DNA of 64,000 nucleotides from a virus (taxonomy: Duplodnaviria; Caudoviricetes), in the IMG/VR virus record IMGVR_UViG_3300030620_000005, positions 8,096-72,095 of that record; one strand, written 5' to 3'. The notes beneath the pieces were generated by a model. It was given only the letters and a program-made list of their open reading frames with translations, made no database searches and had not been told where the DNA came from. Of this stretch, positions 52,074-61,338 are shown piece after piece. Numbering within the stretch: position 1 is the stretch's first letter; the number at the start of each line of letters is the position of its first letter. The position numbers were made by a program, and so were the translations under genes.

Positions 52074-52784
52074 CTACAGGTACAGGCCAGTGCCGTCGTC
52101 CAGGCGATCGCGGGCTTCCTTCAGACGGCGGTACGCCGTCGACAGAGAGACCCCGAGGATCTCGGCGGCGCCCGTTTTGGTGATCTGCTCACCGCGGTGG
52201 ACACGCCGTGCCAACTCGGTGATCTGCTCCTCGGCCTCGCCGCTCGGGGCCGGGTGAAACGGCAGGTCGGACTGTCCGGACGCAGTCGCGGATGACCGTC
52301 CGGACGCGTACCTGAAGATCTCCGGAGACAGTTCGAACCACTCGGTGTTCCCGTTGCGGTACTGCGTGAACCGGGCATGCAGTGCCCGCTCCAACTCCGG
52401 TCCGCCGTGCAGGGCGAGGAGGACGCTGTCGCTGCGTAGTGCGAGCGCGCCCAGCCGGCTCTTCAGGTTCGTGGTGTACCCGATCTTCACCCGGCCGCCG
52501 TTGGCGATGAAGTAGACGACGCTGTCGTGGACGCCGCTCAACAGGCTCTCTACGGAAACCGGCATGGCGGAGGTGGTCAGTTCCTCGCGGGCGACGAGGC
52601 TGGTCGGCCCGCTGGTCAGGGCGGTCTCCAGCCCGCTGCGGAGCAGCTCGGGCACGACGGTGAGGGCGACCTCGATGCGGTGGGCGTGGCAGAGCGGGAC
52701 CGGGCGCAGGGCGTCGGCCTCGCGGGTGCAGCGGCGTCCCTCGTCATCGGCGATGCAGTCGAGGGTGTCGGCTGGGGTGCTCAC
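52074..52784 (-). CDS. GIY-YIG (T5orf172-like) nuclease domain with C-terminal HTH
   Basis: GTG 52784 after GGAGGA; VVYFI..VKIGYTTNLKSRL..ERALHARF..EWF; KTGAAEILGVSLSTAYRRL. Confidence 0.8.
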   Translation of the reverse strand: MSTPADTLDCIADDEGRRCTREADALRPVPLCHAHRIEVALTVVPELLRSGLETALTSGPTSLVAREELTTSAMPVSVESLLSGVHDSVVYFIANGGRVKIGYTTNLKSRLGALALRSDSVLLALHGGPELERALHARFTQYRNGNTEWFELSPEIFRYASGRSSATASGQSDLPFHPAPSGEAEEQITELARRVHRGEQITKTGAAEILGVSLSTAYRRLKEARDRLDDGTGLYL

Positions 52785-52800
52785 TGGTCCTCCAGAAGGG

Positions 52801-53724
52801 CTACAGGTACGTGTTGCCGAGGCGCTTGGCGGTGCGGCGGATGCTGTCGGCGTTGAGGTCCGGGCGCAGGCGGACGGCGGTCTTGACAAGGTCGTCGTTG
52901 CGGACGCCGTGTCCGGCCAGCGTCCGGACGAGATCGGACGGCCCGGACGCCTCGTCCGCGATCTTCCGGAGTGGATCCGGACGGGTGTCCTCGCTGGTGA
53001 TCGGCTGCGGTGCAGACGTCCCGAGGACAACGTCCGGAGAGGCGGACGGACGTCCGGACTTCTCGTCCGGACTGTCCTGGACAACGGACGGGACATCCGG
53101 CCGACGGGACTCCAGCGCCAGGCGCAGCTTCACTGTCCGGTCCTTCGTGAGGAGCCGGTCTCGTTCACCGAGCGCGAGGGCCTGTTCGGTGCCGGCCTGC
53201 TGCTGCAGGGTGCGCAGGTAGGCCTCGTACTTAGGGTCGAGCTTGATGCGGATGGTGTGCATGCCGATCGCCCACACGCCCTTGGCGGCGACGGAGACGA
53301 GCGCGCCGACGATGCCGACGAGGAGAGCGTCGTCGCGGTGGCCGTGCAGGACGATCGCGGCGACGGACACGGCGAGCATGGCGATGCCTGCTTTCCGTGG
53401 GAGTTCGGCGCGCTTGCTGTCGTAGCGCAGTAGCCATTCGGCGATGAGGCAGGCGGCCCATCCGGCGTCGAAGACTCCGGCGACGAGGTAGGCCGCCCAG
53501 CTGGGGGCGAGGAGGGTGAGCATGCTGCCGATGGCGACGGTGCCCCAGACGATGGCGCCGATGGTCATGAGGCAGGCGACGGCGAAGAGGCCGCGTCGGA
53601 GGGTGGCGTCGAGGTTGAAGGGGAGTCGGATGACGGGGGTGTTGTCGGGGATGTCGTAGGTGACGTCGACGCCGTGGACGGTCTCGGTGATGGGTCGGCT
53701 GGGGTGGCGGAACGGGGCGCGCAT
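52801..53724 (-). CDS. Spread (SpdB-like) multi-pass membrane protein
   Basis: Four TM helices, coiled coil, repeat-encoded Ser/Pro/Asp linker, basic C-terminus. Confidence 0.7.
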   Translation of the reverse strand: MRAPFRHPSRPITETVHGVDVTYDIPDNTPVIRLPFNLDATLRRGLFAVACLMTIGAIVWGTVAIGSMLTLLAPSWAAYLVAGVFDAGWAACLIAEWLLRYDSKRAELPRKAGIAMLAVSVAAIVLHGHRDDALLVGIVGALVSVAAKGVWAIGMHTIRIKLDPKYEAYLRTLQQQAGTEQALALGERDRLLTKDRTVKLRLALESRRPDVPSVVQDSPDEKSGRPSASPDVVLGTSAPQPITSEDTRPDPLRKIADEASGPSDLVRTLAGHGVRNDDLVKTAVRLRPDLNADSIRRTAKRLGNTYL

Positions 53725-53753
53725 GGCGGGGCCTCCGGGGCGGGGGTCGGCGG

Positions 53754-53993
53754 TCAGGGGTGGGCGCGGGCGGTGCGGGGGCGGTGGGTGCGGATCTGGT
53801 GGGCGATGTAGCAGGCGCCGGCGGTGAGGAGCGCGGCCTCGGGCTGGTGGGCGGCGGCTTCGGCGATGCCGGTGACGATGGCGAGGACCATCCCGGCGGC
53901 GAGTTGCGCGATGGTGTTGGCGGTTTCGGGGTGCATGGCGGCGAGGATGAGGAGGGCGCCGATGAGGAGGTTGCGGAGCAGGTGGCTTCGCAT
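53754..53993 (-). CDS. Small membrane protein (Spd-like)
   Basis: Hydrophobic 79-aa ORF in the tra operon. Confidence 0.65.
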   Translation of the reverse strand: MRSHLLRNLLIGALLILAAMHPETANTIAQLAAGMVLAIVTGIAEAAAHQPEAALLTAGACYIAHQIRTHRPRTARAHP

Positions 53994-54083
53994 TGCGGTC
54001 TCCGGGTGTGGTCGGGGCGGATGGGTCTGGCCGGATTTCCAGGGCGCGCGTACCGGGTGGGGACGCGCGCCGTGGGCTACCGG

Positions 54084-54257
54084 TCAGCGGCGGCAGTCGA
54101 GCGTTTCCAGTTCGGTGTTGATCTGCTCGTGGAGTTTGTTGGCGAGGTCGCGTTGCTGCGGGGTGGACATGTGGTCGTCTTCGATCTGGCGGGCGAGGGT
54201 GGCCTCGGCGGTGATGGCGTTTTGGATTTGTTCGGTGGTGCGGGTGTCACGGCACAT
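54084..54257 (-). CDS. Small hypothetical protein in the tra operon
   Basis: MCRDTRTTEQ... after GGAG. Confidence 0.55.
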   Translation of the reverse strand: MCRDTRTTEQIQNAITAEATLARQIEDDHMSTPQQRDLANKLHEQINTELETLDCRR

Positions 54258-54327
54258 GGGGTGCTCCATTGGAGGTGGGGCCGCGCCCCGGCTGGGGGTG
54301 GTGCCGGGGCGCGGCGGTGTGTGGGGG

Positions 54328-54498
54328 TCAGCGGCGTTGGGTGGCCTGTTGGTCCATGACGCGGCGTACGTCCTCGGCGGCCTGGTAGTCGGCTTGGCAT
54401 TGCTCGACGGTGGCGGGGGTGGCGAGGATCTGGTTCGGGCGTGGCGCGAGAGGCGCGGGGGTGGGCTGGCCAGATGGTTGGCCGTTACGCTCTTGCAC
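54328..54498 (-). CDS. Small hypothetical protein, first gene of the tra operon (56 aa, absent from the ORF track)
   Basis: GTG after AGGAAGG; MQERNGQPSG... Confidence 0.5.
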   Translation of the reverse strand: MQERNGQPSGQPTPAPLAPRPNQILATPATVEQCQADYQAAEDVRRVMDQQATQRR

Positions 54499-54603
54499 GG
54501 CTGTCCTTCCTGTACACGGCAGGTGGATGGCTGGCCCGGCGGGAAGGTGAGATTTCCCGCCGGGCCGTTTTCATTGGCGAGCAGCGTGGGCTGCGCAGTA
54601 CCG

Positions 54604-54632
54604 ACTGTACGGGATACCCCGTACACTGGCAA
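54604..54632 (-). promoter_or_regulatory. tra operon promoter TTGCCA-N17-TACAGT overlapped by inverted repeat TGTACGGG-ATAC-CCCGTACA (54606-54625)
   Basis: The inverted repeat also covers the plus-strand -10 box TACACT (54622-54627) of the divergent HTH gene. Confidence 0.68.
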
Positions 54633-54660
54633 CGCGGCCTGCCCACGGAAGGGACAGGGC

Positions 54661-54957
54661 ATGGAAGAGGAGGTGCAGCGCGTGTTCGACGCTCTCGCAG
54701 GTCTTGCCGACATCGAGGACCCGAAGGTACGCGCGCTCGCTGTGGCGAGGGTGCTCAAGGAGTGGCCCGACCACAGCAAGGCACTCCGCGAGATCAGGCG
54801 TCAGGCCGTACTCGAACTCCTCGCCCCGGAGGGAGCCACCTTCCGAGGAATCGCGAAGGAGTTGGGCGTGAAGCCGAGCACGTTGCAGGACATCGCTTCG
54901 GAGTACTCGCGGTGGGCGAAGCGCCCGAAGAAGGACCCTGAACAGCAGGCCGAATGA
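54661..54957 (+). CDS. Small HTH regulator divergent from the tra operon (Kor/TraR-like role inferred)
   Basis: ATFRGIAKELGVKPSTLQDI. Confidence 0.75.
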   Translation: MEEEVQRVFDALAGLADIEDPKVRALAVARVLKEWPDHSKALREIRRQAVLELLAPEGATFRGIAKELGVKPSTLQDIASEYSRWAKRPKKDPEQQAE

Positions 54958-55029
54958 GAGAAGCCCGAGCGGCGTGAGAGGCCACTCGGGCTGAGAAGCA
55001 CCCGACCCAAGCAAGAGAGAGGCGCTCCG

Positions 55030-55680
55030 TTGAGCGTACAGAACCAGACCTGTGGCGACGAGCAATGGGTGGCCATACCCGGATTCGAGGGTCACTACCT
55101 CGTATCGCCTGAGGGGCGCGTGCGAAGCATGAAGCGGCGCAATCACGACGGCAGCCCGATCTTCGTGAACTGGCGAAAGAACACACACGGATATGCGGCG
55201 GTGGAGTTGTGGCGCGACGGCAAGCCCAAGAAGCGCCCCGTCCACGCCCTCGTTGCGGCGGCCTTCCTCGGTCCACGCCCAATCGGCCAAGAGGTGAGGC
55301 ACCTCGACGGGAACCGCATGAACCCACATCTGGCCAACCTGGCGTACGGAACCCGTAGCGAGAACAATCTCGACAAGCGGGCGCACGGGACGGACCACAA
55401 CGCATCCAAGACGCACTGCCCGCAGGGCCACCCGTATGACGCTGCGAATACGCGGGTCATTGCATCCCGCCCGGGAGCGCGGTACTGCCGTGCCTGTGAC
55501 GTGCTTCGCGGCAAGGGCAACCCGGACCGCGATTGGACTCGGTGCCCGCAAGGTCACGTGTTCGACGAGGCCAACACGTATGTAGACAGCAAGAACAAGC
55601 GGCACTGCCGAACATGCCACCGAGAGCGGCAGCGCAACCGCTACTGGGAGCGTAAGGGCGTCAACGCGCCGTCCGAGTAG
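55030..55680 (+). CDS. Free-standing NUMOD4-HNH homing endonuclease
   Basis: EQWVAIPGFEGHYLVSPEGRVRS; VHALVAAAF..VRHLDGNRMN..NL; two CPQGH repeats. Confidence 0.9.
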   Translation: MSVQNQTCGDEQWVAIPGFEGHYLVSPEGRVRSMKRRNHDGSPIFVNWRKNTHGYAAVELWRDGKPKKRPVHALVAAAFLGPRPIGQEVRHLDGNRMNPHLANLAYGTRSENNLDKRAHGTDHNASKTHCPQGHPYDAANTRVIASRPGARYCRACDVLRGKGNPDRDWTRCPQGHVFDEANTYVDSKNKRHCRTCHRERQRNRYWERKGVNAPSE

Positions 55681-55695
55681 CCCCGGCGTGTAGCG

Positions 55696-55729
55696 AGGCC
55701 CCGTCGACCTGGACGACGGGGCCTTCGCC
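55696..55729. terminator. Hairpin after the HNH gene
   Basis: AGGCCCCGTCG/CGACGGGGCCT stem; coordinates approximate. Confidence 0.65.
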
Positions 55730-56223
55730 ATGCCCGGTCCGAGCCAGCGGGGTCGACCGGGGCAACGCCCAGCGTACGACGCGGGTACGACAACGGGCGC
55801 CTGCTCTGGGGGAGCAGGCGCCCGGTCTCCGGGGGCCTCTCACCCGCGCGGCGTGATCCCCCGGTGTGGGGCGCCGCTCGGCGGGAGGGTCCAGTCACCT
55901 GGTCCCGGCCTTGTCCCGGCAGACGGTGCTGGTGGCCGGGGTTGTGTTCACGCTCCTGTGCCCCGGCCCTTACCGGCGTGCCGACCAGCCCACCCAGGAT
56001 GGCAGACCCCGTCAAGCCAGACGCGAGGCTCCGCGTGGGCCGGGGTGACGGCGGCCGCAGCGACAGACGGGGCGCCGAAGTCTGGCCTTGTCGGACCGGT
56101 AGTGGACTCGCAGGCGTTCCAGCAGGAACGACAGCATGGGCGCCTCCGGGTAGTTGGTGTGGGGCGGCGGCCGTCACCGCCGGGTGTTCGGGGAGTCTCC
56201 CCGAGATCGTTGCCGCCCCGGGT

Positions 56224-56487
56224 TCAGGATGCCAGACCCGGGCGCTGCTCCTCGAGGATGTCGCGGGCGGCGGCGAGTACGACATCGCGGGGCACGATGA
56301 CGGCCTGTTCGTCGGGGCCGATGCCCGCTCCGTGCTGGGCGAGTTCGCGTGCCGAGATGTTCGGTACGCCGGGCGCCTTGCCGATGATGAGGTAGTCGCC
56401 GTTGTCGAGGGCGAGGACGGCCGGGCAACTGCTCTGTCCGGTGCAGCGGTCGGTGGGGCTGCTGCCGTAGCGGCGGGCGATCTTCAC
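56224..56487 (-). CDS. Small hypothetical protein
   Basis: GTG coupled; C...CPAVLALDNGDYLIIG...VIVPRDVV. Confidence 0.6.
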   Translation of the reverse strand: MKIARRYGSSPTDRCTGQSSCPAVLALDNGDYLIIGKAPGVPNISARELAQHGAGIGPDEQAVIVPRDVVLAAARDILEEQRPGLAS

Positions 56488-57413
56488 GACTGTTCCTTGG
56501 CCGGGTTGAGGATCGCGGTGTGGAGTTCGGCGAGCCGCATGTCCCACCAGCGGGCCAAGCTCGCGCCGAGGGGTGGCGGTCCGGCTTTGACCCAGCGTTC
56601 GTACAGGTCGATGACGCGGGACACGTCGGCTTCGGCGCTGCGGTGGAGCGCGGCGAGGACTGCGGCGGTCTGCCGGTCCACGGTGGGCGCGGGCTGCTCG
56701 CGTAGTCCGGCCGGGGTGGGCGCGGGCGTGCCCGCGTCGCCGTATAGCAGCCAGTCCACCGACACGTCTGCCGCTTCGGCGATGAGCGCCATGTCGAGGC
56801 TGGTGGGGCGGTGGCCGAGATGGAGGATCCCGGGCAGTCGGCGGCTGATGTGTGGGGCGAGTTGGCGGCCTGGTGCGGGCAGTGTGAGGCTGCGGATGCG
56901 GGCGGTTCGCGCGGCCGTGGTGTCGGTCGCTTGGGTCGTGGCCGGGCCGGACACGGGCTCGTCGGTGAGGCGCCGCTGCTCGCATGCGTCTTCTTCATCG
57001 ATCGTCTGGTGCGGGAGTTCGCAGATCTCCGGCGAGGACACGGGCTCGTCGAGGGCTGCGCGCACGGCTGCGATGACGTCGGCCGCGTCCTCGTATGTCT
57101 CGGCGTCGCAGGCGACAGCACGGACGCGTTCGATGGCGGCCTCGGCCCCGTTGGGCCAGCCGCAGCCGTCGTGCGCCTCATGGTCACTGCGGTGGTCGGC
57201 GGCCAGCCAGCAGGTGTGTGCGTCACCCCACGGGCCGGGCGCACCGCACGCGGGTGCGCCGTGCAGTAGTGCGTCTGCGGCTTCGGGCTTCGGGCAGTCC
57301 ATCAGCACGCACACGAGGTGTCCGCCGTCGCCGACTTGCAGGGTGGGGTGGGTGCAGGCGGGGCAGAAGCCTGCGATGTCGTTCGCGTTGATCGACGGGA
57401 GATGGTCGGTCAC
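56484..57413 (-). CDS. Mosaic early protein with zinc-finger-like and HTH-like segments
   Basis: CPAC..C..C; repeated DEPVS; LIAEAADVSVDWLLYG. Confidence 0.65.
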   Translation of the reverse strand: MTDHLPSINANDIAGFCPACTHPTLQVGDGGHLVCVLMDCPKPEAADALLHGAPACGAPGPWGDAHTCWLAADHRSDHEAHDGCGWPNGAEAAIERVRAVACDAETYEDAADVIAAVRAALDEPVSSPEICELPHQTIDEEDACEQRRLTDEPVSGPATTQATDTTAARTARIRSLTLPAPGRQLAPHISRRLPGILHLGHRPTSLDMALIAEAADVSVDWLLYGDAGTPAPTPAGLREQPAPTVDRQTAAVLAALHRSAEADVSRVIDLYERWVKAGPPPLGASLARWWDMRLAELHTAILNPAKEQS

Positions 57414-59526
57414 TTGGTCCTCCGTGCTGCGCGCTTCATGGCGCGCCGGGTCTTGCGGTTGGGCGGGGGCGGGTCGGGGGTGTCGTCGTCGACGAGCTGC
57501 TCGACGCGGACGAGTTCGGTGTCCCAGAGGGCGCCGGGCCGGGGTGTGTGCTCCGGCCTCGGCGCGGACGACGGGCCGCTCATGCGGGTTGCTCCGGTTC
57601 GTCCCATGCGACGGCTCCGCACTCGCGGCCGTCGATGATGAGCGGCGCAGCGTGCGGGCCGGTGTGGCCGGCGGGCTGGGTGCAGGTGGATTCGGGGTAG
57701 TCGTAGTGCGGGAGGCCGCACAGACGGCCGGTCACGGCTTGGCCTCGGGGTCGATCAGGTCGGCGGCGCTGGTCACGCCCTGGCAGAAGTCGCAGTCGGG
57801 GTCGCAGTGCGCCCTCACTACTGGTGCGTCACCGACGCCGAAGTGGGTGCGCTGCTCCTCGGCGAGTTGGTGGGCGTGCTGGTTGAGGACGAGGTCGGCG
57901 AAGGTGTGGGAGAGGCCGGTGCGGATGAGGCGCTGGCGGGCGGTCGGTTCGGGCTGGTCGGTCAACGGGTCTCCCGGGGGATGCCGGTGTACGGGCAGAG
58001 GGTGTCGATGCTCTGGTGTCGGGCTCCGCAGTGGCAGCGCCAGGGCCGCCATCGTGGGGGGAGGAGACGTGTCACGGCTGGCCTCCGAGGATTGCGCGGG
58101 CTACGGCGAGGGCGTGCGGGTTGGTCTTGGACTGGCCGTCGGCGTCGGGGAAGAGGCTGTGCAGGCTGACGGAGTTGGCGCGGCATTCGTCCAGCCAGGT
58201 GGCGAGGGGTTCGCGTGCCCGGACGAGTGCGGCGACGGCGGGGGTGGCGGTCATCGCACCCCGGAAGGTGGCGCCCCGCAACGTCTCGGCTGCGGCCTTG
58301 AGTTCGTCGCTCGGACTGGTCATCGCTGCTTCTCCGGGTCGATGAGGTCGGCGGCGAAGTCCATGACCTTCGTCGCCTGTACGGCACCGCGCGTCTCGTC
58401 TCGGCTCGCTCGGATCTGTTCGGCGAGCTGGTGGGCGTAGGCGTCGGCCAGGGCTTCGGGCGCGGGGCACGCGGGGCCTCCGCACATGCAGAGTTCGTCG
58501 TCGGTGAGGGCGCGGAGGAGACGTTCGCGGGCGGTCTTGGTGTGCTTGCGGTAGGGCTCGGCGAGTCCGCAGAGGAGGCAGCCGCCGGTCTCGTCGTCGC
58601 GGATGAAGCGGTGCCGGATGTCTTGGGCGTCGCCTGCGGTGCCGTCGATGCCTTGGGCTTGGCGGGCGGTGTCGCCTCGGTCTTGGAAGGCGTGGATGTC
58701 GGTCATCGAGTGCTCCGGGTGTGGGTGCGTGTGCGGTAGAGGGCGCGGGCTGGCGGGCGGCGGGGCTTGGTCATCGCTGCTCGTCGCCGTCCGTGTCGTT
58801 GTGGCAGATGCAGGGGCAGTCGGTTTCGCCGGTCTCGCAGCAGTCGATGACGCGGCCGGAGACGGAGTGGATGGCGTTGCGGCGCCCTTGCTCGGCGTCG
58901 GGGTTCTGCTTCGGCACGGTCATCGTGTGCTCCGGGTGCGTGCGGTGTGGTAGAGGGTGCGGGCTGCCCAGCGGAGGGCGAGCAGGATGGCGGAGATGAA
59001 CGGGGCGCAGACGATGCCGACGCCTAGCGCGTAGCCGGGGTTCACGCGGCCTCCTCGAAGTCCGGAGGCTCTGAGGGCTCCTGTGGGGCCTGTGAGCCTC
59101 TGGCGCGGGTACGGGCAAGGATCCGGGCCCGGAGCCACCCTCGGGCCCACAGAGGGCGCCTGAGCCGCTTCCTGACGGCACGCCACGCCCACGCGACGGC
59201 AGCCGCTGCGCCGAGGAGCAGCAGCGTGCCCACGACCGCGAAGACGGCAATCCAGGCGAGGAGCGCCCACAGCATGCGGTCGATCGCCTCGTACAGGTCG
59301 ACGATCACGGCGACCGCCTGCTCGGGTCCGTCTCGACGGCGAACGTGGTCGTGACTCGCACGAGCCGGTACCGGCACTTCGGGCTGGCGCCCCGGCGCTC
59401 GGCCATGAACTCGGCCGCGCGGCTGAGCGGGAACAGGTTGCTGGTGTGGTCGCTCCAGGCGCCGCCGGGCTTGTACTGGATCTGGAGCATCCACGACGTC
59501 TGAGGCGGGCGTTCGTGTCGCGCCAT
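57410..59526 (-). other. Run of small early genes (57410-57583, 57732-57965, 58072-58323, 58320-58706, 58771-58923, 58920-59045, 59042-59308, 59305-59526)
   Basis: Short natural-looking ORFs, many coupled; two are membrane proteins. Confidence 0.65.
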
Positions 59527-59528
59527 GG

Positions 59529-60302
59529 TCAGGCCTCCCCGTCGGGCTGCGCCACAACAGCGGGCGCGGCTTCGGCAAGTGCTGCACCCAGGGCGTCACG
59601 GAGCTGGCCAGCGGCCTGGACCTGGAGAATCAACTGCCCGGCAGGAGCGAACTCGGCGAGGTTGACGGCCTTGTTGATCCACACGGCTACCCGTCCGTCG
59701 TGGTGGACGGCACCGGCGGACTCGTCCCAGAACAGCAGCGGCGGCTCGGTCTCGGGCTGTGGCGTCTCGTCGGCCATGCGGTCGAAGGTGTCGGCGAAGG
59801 CTCCGCGCCTCACCGCTACGGCAGCTTCACGGAATGCCTCGGCGCGGACGGCGGCCTGGTCGATGCTCGCGGGCAGCACGGACAGGACCGCGTCGGCGAT
59901 CTCGTAACTACGGGCCCTCGCAATGACCTTCGGCAGCGTGTCGAGCAGGATCGGCACCGCCACATCGGCGATGTGGTCGCGGAGGTCGGCCCGGTCTGTG
60001 GCAGGCGCAGGCCCGGCAGACACGACGGCAGGCTCGTAGGTCTCCGCGAGCACGTCCTCAGCGACCGGATAAAACTCGCCCTTCACACCACACACGACGT
60101 GCTGCCCGGTGTACACGCCGACCCACGTGGAGTGCAGGACGTCGAAGACCTGCGCGGTGATCTCCGGGTCCTCGGCGCGGTCCTCCGGCGGGACGGCCTC
60201 GAAGCGGTGGTTGGTGAAGGCGATCAGCTCGGCTTCGTTGCTGCCAGTCCACTGGACGGTGTCGACCTCGATGGGGCGTTTGCGGTAGCGGGTGATGGTC
60301 AC
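59529..60302 (-). CDS. Phage hypothetical protein
   Basis: YRKRPIEVDTVQWTG...GVKGEFYPV...TYEP N-terminal domain, which I recognise from other phage genomes. Confidence 0.72.
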   Translation of the reverse strand: MTITRYRKRPIEVDTVQWTGSNEAELIAFTNHRFEAVPPEDRAEDPEITAQVFDVLHSTWVGVYTGQHVVCGVKGEFYPVAEDVLAETYEPAVVSAGPAPATDRADLRDHIADVAVPILLDTLPKVIARARSYEIADAVLSVLPASIDQAAVRAEAFREAAVAVRRGAFADTFDRMADETPQPETEPPLLFWDESAGAVHHDGRVAVWINKAVNLAEFAPAGQLILQVQAAGQLRDALGAALAEAAPAVVAQPDGEA

Positions 60303-60341
60303 GGTGTGGCTCCTCCGGTGTGGGTGTGCGGGGGCGGACGA

Positions 60342-60695
60342 TCAGACGGCGGCGGGCGGGTTGCGGCGGTAGACGTCGAGTGCGGTGCGCCCGTTGACGA
60401 TCAGGTGCGGGGCGGCCTGCTTGGCGAGCTGCTGCGCAGTGCTGAGGCCGAAGCGATGCGTGGCGATCCACGCGTCATCGCGCTCCGAGGGCCGCGGCTC
60501 GTACTCCCACACGCCATCAGCGCCGAGACAGAACGGCCGGTCGAGGACCGCCCACGAGTCGGGGCCGCGCCACTCGATGCTGATCGTGAAGTGGCGGCGG
60601 GGCTCGGCGTCGGCGGGGAAGATCGACACCTCATAGCGGGTGGCTTCGACGAACGGGATGGGCGGCTGGTCGTGGTGTTGGGGTGTGGTGGGCAC
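60342..60695 (-). CDS. Hypothetical protein
   Basis: 117 aa after GAGGAG. Confidence 0.7.
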   Translation of the reverse strand: MPTTPQHHDQPPIPFVEATRYEVSIFPADAEPRRHFTISIEWRGPDSWAVLDRPFCLGADGVWEYEPRPSERDDAWIATHRFGLSTAQQLAKQAAPHLIVNGRTALDVYRRNPPAAV

Positions 60696-60926
60696 GGCGT
60701 GGCTCCTCGCGCGAGGTAGTGATCGACTTGCGGGTTTAGGCGGCTTCGGGCTGGTCGACGAGGTGGAGGTGCGGCCGGCGGTCGCGGTGGTAGGTCCAGT
60801 CGTCGAGGGCTTCTAGGAGGGCGGCGACGTGGGCGGCTTGCTGGTCGGGCGTCCATGTGGGGCGACGGTCTGCGGGTGCGGGCCTGGTCGGGATCGCCTC
60901 ACTCATCAGCCGCTCGTACGGGCTCG

Positions 60927-61190
60927 TCATGCGACGGCCTCGGCTTCCTGGTAGCGGCGGTGGTGGACGGCACGCAGCGGCATGGGGTGGCCGCTGGCGG
61001 TGCGGCAAGCAATGCCGGGGGTGACTTGGCATTGGGGGCAGCAGGCGGTTTCGCGGGCCCATTGGGCGGCGCGGCGGGGGTGCGGCTGGTTGAGGGGGCG
61101 GCCGAGGAGGGTTTTGCAGGGTTGGCCGGTGGGGGCGTGGCAGCCGGGGCAGGGGATGGTGTGGGCGTGGTGGGTGGTGTGGGTGGTCAT
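60927..61190 (-). CDS. Double zinc-finger protein
   Basis: CPGC..C..H and CPQC..C..H; start approximate. Confidence 0.65.
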   Translation of the reverse strand: MTTHTTHHAHTIPCPGCHAPTGQPCKTLLGRPLNQPHPRRAAQWARETACCPQCQVTPGIACRTASGHPMPLRAVHHRRYQEAEAVA

Positions 61191-61338
61191 TCGGGTTCTC
61201 CGGTCTGCTGTTCGCGGGCGGCGGCGGTGTGGGCGGTGTGTGCGGTTTTGCGTGCGTCGTGGCTGGCGACCTGGAGTCGGCGGCCGCGGGGGCTGGTGCA
61301 GCGGCTGCCGGGCGGGGCCCCGCACCAGGGGCAGCGAG

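Noticed and set aside
52785-53096. 104-aa N-terminal extension of the GIY-YIG ORF as given in the track
   Set aside because: It overlaps the spd-like gene in another frame; a GTG with GGAGGA at 52784 is the better start
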